Source: an uncultured Myxococcales bacterium
Lineage (GTDB): Bacteria; Myxococcota_A; Polyangia; JAHFDS01
DNA length: 64,000 nt
Direction of reading: 5' to 3'
NCBI GenBank assembly: GCA_964593795.1
Contig: CAZQJC010000111.1
Span: 12,608-76,607 of the forward strand
The translations under genes were made by a program, and so were the position numbers. Below the pieces are notes generated by a model that was not told the DNA's origin, did not search any database, and saw only the letters and a list, made by a program, of their open reading frames with translations. Below are positions 15,991 through 27,549 of the stretch, piece after piece (the first letter of the stretch is position 1; the number at the start of each line of letters is the position of its first letter).

Positions 15991-17787
15991 GTGGCAGCGC
16001 CGATCGATCCGCTCGCAGGAGAGCCGCCGCGCGCGGACGAGCCCGGCGCGCGCGCGCCCGAGACGCGCCGCCTGCTCGCGCTGGTGCGCCCGCACCTGCC
16101 GCGGCTGCTCCTCGCGACGCTCGCCCTGCTGGTGGCGACCTGCGCGGGGCTCGTCGCACCCCGCGTCGCCGGCGAGATCGTCGACACCGCGCTCGGCCCG
16201 GGAGGAGGCGCCTCGCTCGGCCACATCGCGCTCGCGCTGGTGGGCCTGTTCGCCGTGCTCGGAGCGTGCAGCTTCGCCGAGCTGTACCTCCTGCAATCCG
16301 CGGGGGCGCGCCTCCTGCGCAAGCTGCGCGGCGACCTCTTCTCGCACCTCGTCGCGCTGCCGCCGGCCTTCTTCGTCCGGCAGCGCACCGGAGAGCTGCT
16401 GTCGCGCCTCGGCGCCGACCTGCAGGTGGTCCAGAGCGTGCTCACCGATCAGGTCCCGAACGGCATCCAGGCCGCGTTCGGCCTCTGCGCCACGCTCATC
16501 GTGCTGCTCCTCCTGCACACGCGCCTGACCGCGGTCGCGCTCGCCGTGGTGCCGCCCGTCGTCGTGATCGCGCTCCTGTGGGGGCGCCGCCTCGAGCTCG
16601 CGTCGAAGCGAGCGCAGGACGCCCTCGCCGAGACCGGCGGGCTCGCCGAGGAGGTGCTCTCGGGCGTGCGCACGGTGCAGGCGTTCGCGCGGGAGGATCA
16701 CGAGCGGAGCCGCTACGGCTCCGCGCTCGACGCCCTCCTCGGCCGGCAGCTCGCGAGCTCGCGCATGGTCGCGTCGTTCTCGGGTGTCGTGGAGTTCGCC
16801 GCGTTCTCGGCGCTCGCCATCGTGCTGTGGTACGGGGGCCGCCTCATCCTGCGGCGCGAGATGACCCCGGGCGCGCTGACGTCGTTCCTCCTCTACACGT
16901 TCTCGGTGGCCGCACAGGTGACGAGCCTCGGCTCGCGGTACGCGGCGTTTCGCAGCCTGCGCGGCGCCGCGGCGCGCGTGTTCGCCCTGCTCGACACGCC
17001 GTCCAGCGTGCCCGAGCCCGCGGAGGCCGCCCCGCTCGACGCGCCCAGAGGCGCGCTCCGCCTCGAGGGCGTGCGCTTCTCGTACCCCGAGGCGAAGGCC
17101 GCGGCGCTCGAGGGCGTCGACCTCGACGTCCCCGCGGGGCAGGTGCTCGCGGTGGTCGGGCCCTCCGGCGCCGGCAAGAGCACGCTCCTGCACCTGCTCC
17201 TGCGCTTCGCGGATCCGACCGCCGGCGCGATCACGCTCGACGGTCGCGACCTGCGCACGCTGCGCTCCGGGGACCTGCGCCGCGCCATCGGGATCGTGCC
17301 GCAGGACGTGTTCCTGTTCTCGGGCAGCGTGCGCGAGAACATCCGCTACGGTGACCTCGAGGCCACGGACGAGCGCGTCGAGGCCGCCGCCCGCGCAGCC
17401 GGCGCCGAGCCCTTCGTGCGCGCGCTGCCCCGCGGCTTCGACGAGCCGGTCGGCGAGCGCGGCACGCGGCTGTCAGCCGGCCAGCGCCAGCGCCTCGCCA
17501 TCGCGCGCGCGTTCCTGCGCGATCCCGCGGTGCTGCTCCTCGACGAGGCCACGAGCTCGCTCGACGCGGAGAGCGAAGCCGCAATCCAGACCGCCCTCGA
17601 GGCGCTCATGCGAGGCCGCACGACCCTCGTGGTGGCGCACCGCCTGTCCACCGTGCGCCGCGCCGATCGCATCGTCGTCCTCGACGCCGGCCGCATCGTC
17701 GGAAGCGGCACGCACGAGTCGCTCCTCGTCGACAGCGACCTCTACCGCCGCTACTGGTCCCTGCAATCCCTCCCCGGCCCCGCCTGA
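15991..17787 (+). CDS. ABC exporter, fused TMD-NBD (MsbA/ABCB type)
   Basis: Six TM segments, GPSGAGKST, Q-loop VPQD, LSAGQRQR, LLLDEATSSLD, VAHRLST. Confidence 0.92.
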   Translation: MAAPIDPLAGEPPRADEPGARAPETRRLLALVRPHLPRLLLATLALLVATCAGLVAPRVAGEIVDTALGPGGGASLGHIALALVGLFAVLGACSFAELYLLQSAGARLLRKLRGDLFSHLVALPPAFFVRQRTGELLSRLGADLQVVQSVLTDQVPNGIQAAFGLCATLIVLLLLHTRLTAVALAVVPPVVVIALLWGRRLELASKRAQDALAETGGLAEEVLSGVRTVQAFAREDHERSRYGSALDALLGRQLASSRMVASFSGVVEFAAFSALAIVLWYGGRLILRREMTPGALTSFLLYTFSVAAQVTSLGSRYAAFRSLRGAAARVFALLDTPSSVPEPAEAAPLDAPRGALRLEGVRFSYPEAKAAALEGVDLDVPAGQVLAVVGPSGAGKSTLLHLLLRFADPTAGAITLDGRDLRTLRSGDLRRAIGIVPQDVFLFSGSVRENIRYGDLEATDERVEAAARAAGAEPFVRALPRGFDEPVGERGTRLSAGQRQRLAIARAFLRDPAVLLLDEATSSLDAESEAAIQTALEALMRGRTTLVVAHRLSTVRRADRIVVLDAGRIVGSGTHESLLVDSDLYRRYWSLQSLPGPA

Positions 17788-17800
17788 GCGTGTCGCAACT

Positions 17801-17830
17801 CCCGAGCCCGAGCCCGAGCCCGAGCCCGAC
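17801..17830. repeat. Hexamer tandem repeat (CCCGAG)4 plus CCCGAC between convergent genes
   Basis: Read directly from the sequence. Confidence 0.85.
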
Positions 17831-18484
17831 CTACCCGAGCAGCCCCGCCAGCTCCGACGCCGCCGCGAGCACCACGTCGGGCCTGGCCGCCTCCAGCGCG
17901 CCGCGCTCCCCGTAGCCCCAGGCGGCCACCGCCACCCGCGCGCCTGCCCCCCGGGCCGTCGCCACGTCGAGCGGCAGGTCGCCCACGTACCAGGCGTCCG
18001 CCGGCGCGACCGCGAGCCGCTCGCAGCACGCGACCAGCCCCGACGGATCGGGCTTGAGCGCGGGCACGTCGCCGCCACCGAGCACGAGGTCGAACCGCGC
18101 CTCGAGCCCGAGCTGCGCGATCACCTGCCGGGCCGCCTCTCCGTGCTTGTTCGTCAGCACCGCGAGCGCCGCGCCGCGCGCCCGCAGCGCGTCGAGCGCG
18201 AGGACGATCCCGGGATACGGCCTCGTGTCGTCGGTGGCGTGCAGCTTGTAGTGCGCGCGGAACACGACCAGCCCGCGCTCGATCTCGGGCTCGGTGCGCG
18301 CCGCCTCGGGCAGGCCCCGCAGCACGAGCATGCGCAGGCCGTCGCCGATGTACGAGAAGATCTCGCCGAGCTCGCGCGGCGGATGGCCGAGCTCGGCGAG
18401 CATGTGCGCCAGCGATCGCGCGATGTCGGCGCGTGAATCGACGAGCGTGCCGTCGAGATCGAACACGACGGCCTGCCGGATCAT
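17831..18484 (-). CDS. gph: HAD-family phosphatase, phosphoglycolate phosphatase-like
   Basis: VVFDLDGTLVDS, LTNK, KPDP and YVGD motifs. Confidence 0.85.
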   Translation of the reverse strand: MIRQAVVFDLDGTLVDSRADIARSLAHMLAELGHPPRELGEIFSYIGDGLRMLVLRGLPEAARTEPEIERGLVVFRAHYKLHATDDTRPYPGIVLALDALRARGAALAVLTNKHGEAARQVIAQLGLEARFDLVLGGGDVPALKPDPSGLVACCERLAVAPADAWYVGDLPLDVATARGAGARVAVAAWGYGERGALEAARPDVVLAAASELAGLLG

Positions 18485-18513
18485 GGAAGGGGATAGGAGA
18501 TGAGGCGGGAGGG

Positions 18514-19305
18514 CTACGACGCGCGCTTCTGGCGGCGGACGGTCTGGACCTCGTCGAGGAACTTGAGCGCCGTGTCGACGCCGTTCGTCAGCGAGTCAAC
18601 GACGAGCGGCAGGATGCCCGCGTTCTCGTTGCGCATGACCTCGTAGTAGCGCTGGCGGTCCGTGTAGTGGACCACGCAGGGCATGTAGCCCTCGCGCACG
18701 AGCATGTAATTCATCAGGAGGCGCGCCACGCGGCCGCTGTTCTTGGTCCAGGGGTAGATGGCGAGGAGCCGGTAGTGCGCGAACGCGGCCCGCTTGACCA
18801 CGTGCATCGACTGCGCCTCGTCGTCCTCGATCCAGTCGACCAGCTTCTTGACCGCAGCCTGGATCTTATCGGGCTGCGCGATGTCGTGATAGTAGAGCCG
18901 GTGGATCGGGTTCTCCTTCCTGTACTGGAGCTGCTTGGCCGCGAGCTCCGGCGACAGGAAGTCGTGCAGCTTCTTGATGAGGTCCATCGTGATGGGCGGG
19001 CGCTTCTTGGCCGCCTTCTGCTGGACGGCCTGGTCCCGGATCCAGTCGATGGCCTCCTTCTGGCGCTTGATCTCCTCGTACATCGGGATCAGCGTGACGT
19101 CGCTGATGATGCGGCTGTCGATGGCCGCCTTGAGCTCCGAGTACGAGAGCACGACGCCCTCGAGCGCGTGGTCGTGGTAGATCCACGACAGGTCCAGCTT
19201 GGCCTGGAAGTCGGTCGCAATGTAGCGTAGCGACTGCGGAAACCCCGCCATCCGCTCGGCGACCTGCGCCATCTTCCCGTCCAACTCGATCAGTCTATTC
19301 TCCAT
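18514..19305 (-). CDS. Fic/Fido-domain protein with a degenerate catalytic motif
   Basis: WIYHDHALEG (compare WxYxSNAIEG) and HYRLLAIYPWTKNSGRVARLLMN (compare HPFxDGNGRxxR). GAGAGG RBS. Confidence 0.85.
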   Translation of the reverse strand: MENRLIELDGKMAQVAERMAGFPQSLRYIATDFQAKLDLSWIYHDHALEGVVLSYSELKAAIDSRIISDVTLIPMYEEIKRQKEAIDWIRDQAVQQKAAKKRPPITMDLIKKLHDFLSPELAAKQLQYRKENPIHRLYYHDIAQPDKIQAAVKKLVDWIEDDEAQSMHVVKRAAFAHYRLLAIYPWTKNSGRVARLLMNYMLVREGYMPCVVHYTDRQRYYEVMRNENAGILPLVVDSLTNGVDTALKFLDEVQTVRRQKRAS

Positions 19306-19537
19306 CGAATGCGTCCTCTCCCCGGGGGACCAGCCTGCCCCGCGAATTCGCGACCCCCGCCCCGGCCCTCAGCCGACGACGGCTTCGGGCTCCCTCCGGG
19401 TCGTTCAGGCCGCGCTTCCAAAGGAATCTGCGACTTCTACTGCGCCGACTCTCCGCCCATCTGCTCCACCGACCCGCCCGGCTCGATCGCCGTCACCGAC
19501 TCTGGCGGCGCCAGATCCGGGCTTGGTAGGCGCGCGG

Positions 19538-19566
19538 AACCTATCTCTTAAAACCTTGTCGGTCAA
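19538..19566 (-). promoter_or_regulatory. Sigma70-like promoter for the Fic-like gene
   Basis: Minus strand reads TTGACC-N17-TAGGTT, in an AT-richer intergenic patch. Confidence 0.5.
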
Positions 19567-19656
19567 GGCTCTCCCGCCAAATCTGCGGGGAATCGGTCAC
19601 TATTATAACCGCCTGGGCGGATATGTCATCTCCCGCCTTGCACTCCTGCCGGAACT

Positions 19657-19672
19657 CCCCACCCTTCCCCAC
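19657..19672 (-). promoter_or_regulatory. Inverted MraZ-type boxes (GTGGGG twice, 10-bp period, minus strand)
   Basis: CCCCAC at 19657 and 19667. Confidence 0.45.
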
Positions 19673-19715
19673 TCAGATCTTGCTGTATTTCCACACGGAA
19701 TTGCCGCCCAAAACC

Positions 19716-19743
19716 TTGACACCGCATTTCACACCGCTAGGGT
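19716..19743 (+). promoter_or_regulatory. Sigma70-like promoter of mraZ/dcw
   Basis: TTGACA-N16-TAGGGT upstream of mraZ. Confidence 0.6.
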
Positions 19744-19786
19744 GGCTCGAGAGTGGTAAAAAGTGGGGAATCGTGTTGACCGTGGG
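19742..19786 (+). promoter_or_regulatory. MraZ operator: GTGG-type direct repeats at ~10-bp spacing
   Basis: GTGG/GTGT cores at 19742, 19753, 19763, 19773 and 19782, matching the known MraZ-box architecture. Confidence 0.65.
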
Positions 19787-20176
19787 TCTCCACGGAAGCC
19801 ACTTCTCGACCCTGGACGCCAAGGGCCGAGTGGCGGTTCCGGCGCGCTTCCGGCCCCTGCTGGCCGAGGACGGCCACGTCATGCTCACGTTCCAGCGAGA
19901 GCCTTGCATCCTCGTGTATTCCCTGGGGAACTGGCAGGCGATCGCACGCTCGCTTTCGGGGACGAGCCCGTTCGACGACGAGGCGAACCGGCGAAAGCGC
20001 CTGCTCTTCGGGAACGCGGCCACCTGCCCGCTCGACCGGCAGGGGCGGGTGCTCGTGCCGCCGCCGCTCCGGGCCTACGCCCAGCTCAGCAAGGACGTCG
20101 TGTGGCTCGGCGTCGAGGATCGCGCCGAGATCTGGGACCGCGCCCGCTGGCAGAGCGAGCTCACCGCGGGCCCTCG

Positions 20177-20180
<4 letters not shown>
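19776..20180 (+). CDS. mraZ: Division/cell-wall cluster transcriptional repressor MraZ
   Basis: TLDAKGRVAVPARFR, LDRQGRVLVP, GVEDRAEIW. Start is one of 19773, 19776 or 19782. Confidence 0.92.
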
Positions 20181-21069
<889 letters not shown>

Positions 21070-21073
<4 letters not shown>

Positions 21074-21453
21074 GCGTGATCGGGGCAGGCGTGGCGGCGG
21101 CCACCAGGCCCGCCAAGGCGAGCCGCAGCGGCACCCCCGCGGTGCGCCCGACGGTGCTCGTGGTCCTCGGGGGCCTGCTCGCGTGCACGTTCGCGATGGG
21201 CTACGTGTGGATCCGCCTGAGGGTCGTGGACCTCGGCTACCAGCTCGGCAAGGAGAGCAGGCTCGCGCAGCAGCTCGACGACGAGAACCGCCGGTTGCGG
21301 GTCGCCGTGGAGTCGCTCAAGGCGCCCGGCCGCATCGAGCGCGTGGCCAGGGAGAAGCTCGGCATGGTGCCGCCGACGGTCGGCGAGATCCGCAGCGTCA
21401 GCGTGCTGCGCCCTGCGGCCGCGGCCGGCCCGAAGGCGGACCGAGAGGACTGA
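21070..21453 (+). CDS. ftsL: Cell division protein FtsL
   Basis: Position between rsmH and ftsI; single TM segment, leucine zipper, RIERVAREKLGM. Confidence 0.85.
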
Positions 21454-21456
21454 GGA

Positions 21457-23490
21457 ATGCACGAGCAACTCGAGGCCAGCGAGGGCAAGTGGGTCAAGGG
21501 CCGCATCCTGCTCTGCGGGGTGGTCGCGTTCGGCATCCTGGGTCTGCACGTGCGCCGCGCGCATCACCTGCAGGTCGAGAGCGGCGAGCACTTCCGCGAG
21601 CTGGCGGAGGAGCAGTACCTCCGGCAGGTGGAGCTGCCGCCGCGGCGGGGGGCGATCCACGACCGCAACGGCAGCGAGCTCGCGACCAGCGCCGACGTCG
21701 ACTCGGTGTACTGCAACCCGCGCATGGTGCCGGCGGGCTCCGCGGCGCGCCTCGCCCCTGCGCTCGGCATGCCGCTGCGCGAGGTCGAGGAGAAGCTCCG
21801 CTCGCGGAAGTTCTTCGCGTGGATCAAGCGCCGGGTGGCCAAGAACGAGGCCGAGCGCGTGCAGAAGCTCGAGATCCCCGGGGTGACCATCACCAAGGAG
21901 CCGCGCCGCTACTACCCGAACGCGGAGCTCGCCGGGCCGCTGCTCGGCTTCACGGACTCGGACGGCAACGGCATCGAGGGCCTCGAGAAGATCCTCGACA
22001 CGACGCTCGCGGGCGAGCGCCGCGAGATGTCGGGGATGCGCGACGCGCTCGGGCGTGACCTCATGACCGAGGTGGTGCCCGACGTCGAGGAGACGTCGGG
22101 GCAGGCGGTGTCGCTGACGATCGACCGCTTCGTGCAGTTCACGGCCGAGCGCGTGCTCAAGGCGACCGTCGAGAAGTTCCACGCGCAGGCGGGCACCGCG
22201 ATCATGGTCGACGTGCGCACGGGCGAGGTGCTCGCGAGCGCGACGTTCCCGACCTACGACCCCAACAAACCAGGCGAGATCGGCGGCTCGGGGCCGGGGC
22301 CGAAGGTGCCAGCGCGGAACCGCGCGGTCACCGACGGCTACGAGCCGGGCTCGACGGTCAAGACGTTCACCATCGCGGCGGCGCTCGACGCGGGGGTCGT
22401 CAAGCCGACGGACCTCTGGAACACCACGGGCGGCGTGATGAAGATCGGCAAGTACACGATCCACGACTCGCACGCCCACGGCGTCCTCAACACGGCCGAG
22501 GTGCTCAAGGTCAGCTCGAACATCGGCGCGGCCAAGATCGGCAAGCGCCTCGGCGCGGAGGCCCTGTACGCCGGCCTGCGCGCGTTCGGCTTCGGCCAGC
22601 GCACCGGCATCGAGATGCCCGGCGAGCAGGCGGGGCGGCTGCGCAAGACCGAGAGCTGGGGCGACATCGGCCTGGCGACCGTCGCCTTCGGGCAGGGCCT
22701 CACGGCGACGCCGCTGCAGGTCGCGAACGCCTACGCAACCATCGCCAACGGCGGCGTGTGGCACGCCCCGCGGATCGTGCGCGGCTCGAAGGCGCCGCCC
22801 GAGCGGCGTGCCATCGACGCCGAGACGGCGGATGTCGTGCGCAGGATGCTCGAGAGCGTGACCGACGAGGGCGGCACGGCCGCGTCGCTCAAGACCTCGC
22901 TCTACAAGATCGCGGGCAAGACGGGCACCGCGCAGAAGGTCGACCCGGGGACGCGGCGCTACTCGGCCACCAAGTACATCTCGAGCTTCGCGGGGTTCGC
23001 GCCGGCGCACGCGCCACGGATCGCGATGGTGGTGGCGATCGACGAGCCGGTCGGGCAGCATTTCGGCTCGGTGGTGGCAGCCCCGGCCTTCCAGCAGATC
23101 GCGGAGGAGACCCTCCGCTACCTCGGCGTCGCGCCTGCGGCGTCCGACGCGCCGCGCCCCGAGGCCCTCGCGAAGAAGGACGCCGCGCCCGCGCGCGCGA
23201 AGAAGGCCAAGGCGCCCGTGATCGAGCCGACGCCCGAGCTCGACTCGACGGAGATCGAGGCCGACGCCGACGCGGTTCCGGACTTCACGGGCATGACGAT
23301 GGCGGAGGCCCTGGCGGCGGCGAGGCGAGTCGGGATCGCGCTCGAGATCGAGGGCACCGGCCGCGCCGTCTCGCAGAGCGTCGAGCCGGGGACCGGATCG
23401 CGCGGGGGCTCTTGCCGCATCTCGTTCGCGCCGCCGGCGACGCTGGTCGCGGCGAGCGCGCCTGCGAAGGCGGTCCGCGGCAAGCGATGA
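21457..23490 (+). CDS. ftsI: Penicillin-binding protein 3 with a C-terminal PASTA-like domain
   Basis: RGAIHDRNG, YEPGSTVK (SxxK), SSN, KTGTAQK, VPDFTGMT. Confidence 0.95.
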   Translation: MHEQLEASEGKWVKGRILLCGVVAFGILGLHVRRAHHLQVESGEHFRELAEEQYLRQVELPPRRGAIHDRNGSELATSADVDSVYCNPRMVPAGSAARLAPALGMPLREVEEKLRSRKFFAWIKRRVAKNEAERVQKLEIPGVTITKEPRRYYPNAELAGPLLGFTDSDGNGIEGLEKILDTTLAGERREMSGMRDALGRDLMTEVVPDVEETSGQAVSLTIDRFVQFTAERVLKATVEKFHAQAGTAIMVDVRTGEVLASATFPTYDPNKPGEIGGSGPGPKVPARNRAVTDGYEPGSTVKTFTIAAALDAGVVKPTDLWNTTGGVMKIGKYTIHDSHAHGVLNTAEVLKVSSNIGAAKIGKRLGAEALYAGLRAFGFGQRTGIEMPGEQAGRLRKTESWGDIGLATVAFGQGLTATPLQVANAYATIANGGVWHAPRIVRGSKAPPERRAIDAETADVVRRMLESVTDEGGTAASLKTSLYKIAGKTGTAQKVDPGTRRYSATKYISSFAGFAPAHAPRIAMVVAIDEPVGQHFGSVVAAPAFQQIAEETLRYLGVAPAASDAPRPEALAKKDAAPARAKKAKAPVIEPTPELDSTEIEADADAVPDFTGMTMAEALAAARRVGIALEIEGTGRAVSQSVEPGTGSRGGSCRISFAPPATLVAASAPAKAVRGKR

Positions 23491-24991
23491 GCCGGTCGGT
23501 CCCGCTCGAGACGCTGCTCGAAGGCGTGCCGGTGCTGGCGCGCCGAGGGGCATCCGATGTGGCTGTCGGCGCGGTCGTCGAGGACTCGCGCAAGGCGGCC
23601 CCGGGCGCGCTGTTCGTGGCGGTGCGTGGCGAGGCGCGCGACGGTCACGCGTTCGTGGCCGACGTGCTGCGCGCGGGCGCCGCGGCGGTGGCGGTCGAGC
23701 ATGACGAGGGCTGGCCGCTCTCCGAGGGCCAGGCGCTCGTCGTCGTGGGCAGCGGCCGACGCGCGCTCGGGCGCATCGCGCTCGCGCTGCTCGGCCACCC
23801 GGAGCGGCAGCTCGCGCTCGTCGGCGTCACCGGCACGAACGGCAAGACGACCACCACGTACCTCGTCGAGGCCATCCTGCGCGCCGCGGGGGCGCGACCG
23901 GGCGTCATCGGCACCGTCGAGTACCGCTTCGAGACGCACCGGCTGCCCGCACCGAACACCACCCCCGGGCCGCTCGAGCTCGCCGAGGCGCTCGGCGCCA
24001 TGCGCGACCGCGGCGCCACGCACGTCGTGATGGAGGTGACGTCGCACGCCCTCGTGCAGGGGCGCGTCGACGCGCTGGCATTCCGCGTGGGCGCCTTCAC
24101 GAACCTCACGCAGGACCACCTCGACTTCCACGGCACGATGGAGGCCTATTTCGAGGCCAAGCGGCGCCTGTTCACCGAACGGTTGGCGCCGGACGGCCTG
24201 GCCGTGGCGCTCGTCGACACGCCCGAGGGGCGGAGGATGCTCGAGGGCATCGCGCGAGCCCTGCCCTGCGCGACGCGGGGCGACGGCGCGGTGCGCGTCG
24301 TGCGGCAGGCGCAGTCCGTGGGCGGAATCGACGCCGCGCTCGAGACGCCCGCGGGGCCGCTCGCGCTGCGCTCGCCCCTCGTCGGGGACTTCAACCTCGA
24401 GAACCTCGTGGTCGCGGTGGGCGTGGGCGTCGCGCTCGGCCTTCCGAACGCGGCCATCGCGGCGGGGCTCGCGGGCTGCGCGGGGGCGCCGGGGCGGCTC
24501 GATCGCGTGGCGGGGCCGGGGTTCGACGCCTTCGTCGACTACGCGCACACACCGGACGCGCTCGAGCGCGTGCTGGCGACCGTCAAGCCGCTCACCCGTG
24601 GGCGCCTCTTCTGCGTGTTCGGCTGCGGCGGCGACCGGGACCGCACCAAGCGCCCGAAGATGGGGGCGATCGCCGTGCGCGGCGCCGACCTCGCGATCGT
24701 CACGTCGGACAACCCGCGCACCGAGGATCCGGCGGCGATCGTGCAGATGATCGTGGACGGCGCGCGCGAGGCGGGCGGCGTGCCCGTGGCGCTCGAGGCG
24801 CTGCCGGACGCGAGGCGCGGCTACGCGGTCGAGGTCGACCGGCGGCGCGCCATCCAGGAGACGGTGCGCGCGGCGCGGCCGGGCGATGTGGTGGTCGTCG
24901 CCGGCAAGGGCCACGAGGACTACCAGATCCTCGGCACGACGAAGATCCACTTCGACGACCGGGAAGAGGTCCGCGCGGCGATGGCGGCGCC

Positions 24992-24995
<4 letters not shown>
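23487..24995 (+). CDS. murE: UDP-MurNAc-tripeptide synthetase (meso-DAP type)
   Basis: GVTGTNGKTTT, NTTPGP, MEVTSH, TNLTQDHLDFH, DYAHTPDAL, DNPR, GKGHEDYQ. Confidence 0.96.
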
Positions 24996-26425
<1,430 letters not shown>

Positions 26426-26427
26426 CC

Positions 26428-27549
26428 GTGCTCTTCCATCTCGCGATGTGGCTCAAGGACCACGTGCCGGCCTTCAAGTGGCTGAACGTGGTGCGCTACA
26501 CGTCCTCGCGCATCCTCCTCGCGACGCTCACGGCGCTCGTCATCTCCTTCCTGCTCTCGCCGTGGTTCATCCGGCTCCTCAAGCAGAAGACGATCGGCCA
26601 GGTCGTGCGCGACGACGGCCCGCAGTCCCACTTCTCGAAGAAGGGCACGCCGACCATGGGCGGAGCGCTGATCTTGTTTGCGCTCACGGTGCCGACGCTC
26701 CTGTGGTGCGACCTGCGCAACGGGCTCATCTGGCTGGCGCTCCTCGTGACGCTCGGCTACGGGTTCGTGGGGTTCCTCGACGACTACCTCAAGATCTCCA
26801 AGAAGAACACCAAGGGCCTGCCCGGCCGGTACAAGATGCTCGGGCAGTACATCATCGGCGGCGTGGCGGTGGGCCTCTTGTACTACTGGCCCGACCTGGT
26901 CGAGCCGTCGCTGCGCGGGCGTCTCGCCCTGCCCTTCACGGACTTCTACAAGCACCCTATCGAGCTACCGGTCTGGCTCTACGCCACGTTCGCGCTCTTC
27001 GTGGTGGTCGGCTCGTCGAACGCGGTGAACCTCACCGACGGCCTCGACGGCCTCGCGATCGGCCCGGTCATCATGGCGTCGGGCGCGCTGCTCATCCTCG
27101 CGTACGGCGCCGGCACCGTCTTCTACGGCGTCAACATCGCCACGTACCTCAAGATCCCGTTCCTCCGCGGCACCGGTGAGCTCGCGGTCTTCTGCGGGGC
27201 CATGGCCGGGGCCGGCATCGGCTTCCTCTGGTACAACACGTTCCCCGCGAGCGTCTTCATGGGCGACGTGGGCGCGCTGGCCCTCGGCGGCGCGCTCGGC
27301 ATCGTCGCGGTCATGACCAAGAACGAGTTCACGCTCGCGGTCATCGGCGGGGTCTTCGTGGTCGAAGCGCTCTCGGTCATGATCCAGGTCGCGTCGTTCA
27401 AGCTGACCGGCAAGCGCGTGTTCAAGATGGCGCCCATCCACCACCACTTCGAGCTCAAGGGCTGGCCCGAGCCGAAGGTGATCGTGCGCTTCTGGATCAT
27501 CAGCTTCATGCTGGCGCTGACGGGCCTGGCCACGCTCAAGCTGCGATGA
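26428..27549 (+). CDS. mraY: Phospho-MurNAc-pentapeptide transferase
   Basis: KKGTPTMGG, DDYLK, NAVNLTDGLDGL, FMGDVG, MAPIHHHFE. Confidence 0.98.
   Translation: MLFHLAMWLKDHVPAFKWLNVVRYTSSRILLATLTALVISFLLSPWFIRLLKQKTIGQVVRDDGPQSHFSKKGTPTMGGALILFALTVPTLLWCDLRNGLIWLALLVTLGYGFVGFLDDYLKISKKNTKGLPGRYKMLGQYIIGGVAVGLLYYWPDLVEPSLRGRLALPFTDFYKHPIELPVWLYATFALFVVVGSSNAVNLTDGLDGLAIGPVIMASGALLILAYGAGTVFYGVNIATYLKIPFLRGTGELAVFCGAMAGAGIGFLWYNTFPASVFMGDVGALALGGALGIVAVMTKNEFTLAVIGGVFVVEALSVMIQVASFKLTGKRVFKMAPIHHHFELKGWPEPKVIVRFWIISFMLALTGLATLKLR

Noticed and set aside
19341-19352. Perfect palindrome CGCGAATTCGCG
   Set aside because: A single 12-bp palindrome in GC-rich DNA; no evidence that it is an operator. 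Mentioned only as part of the Fic leader.
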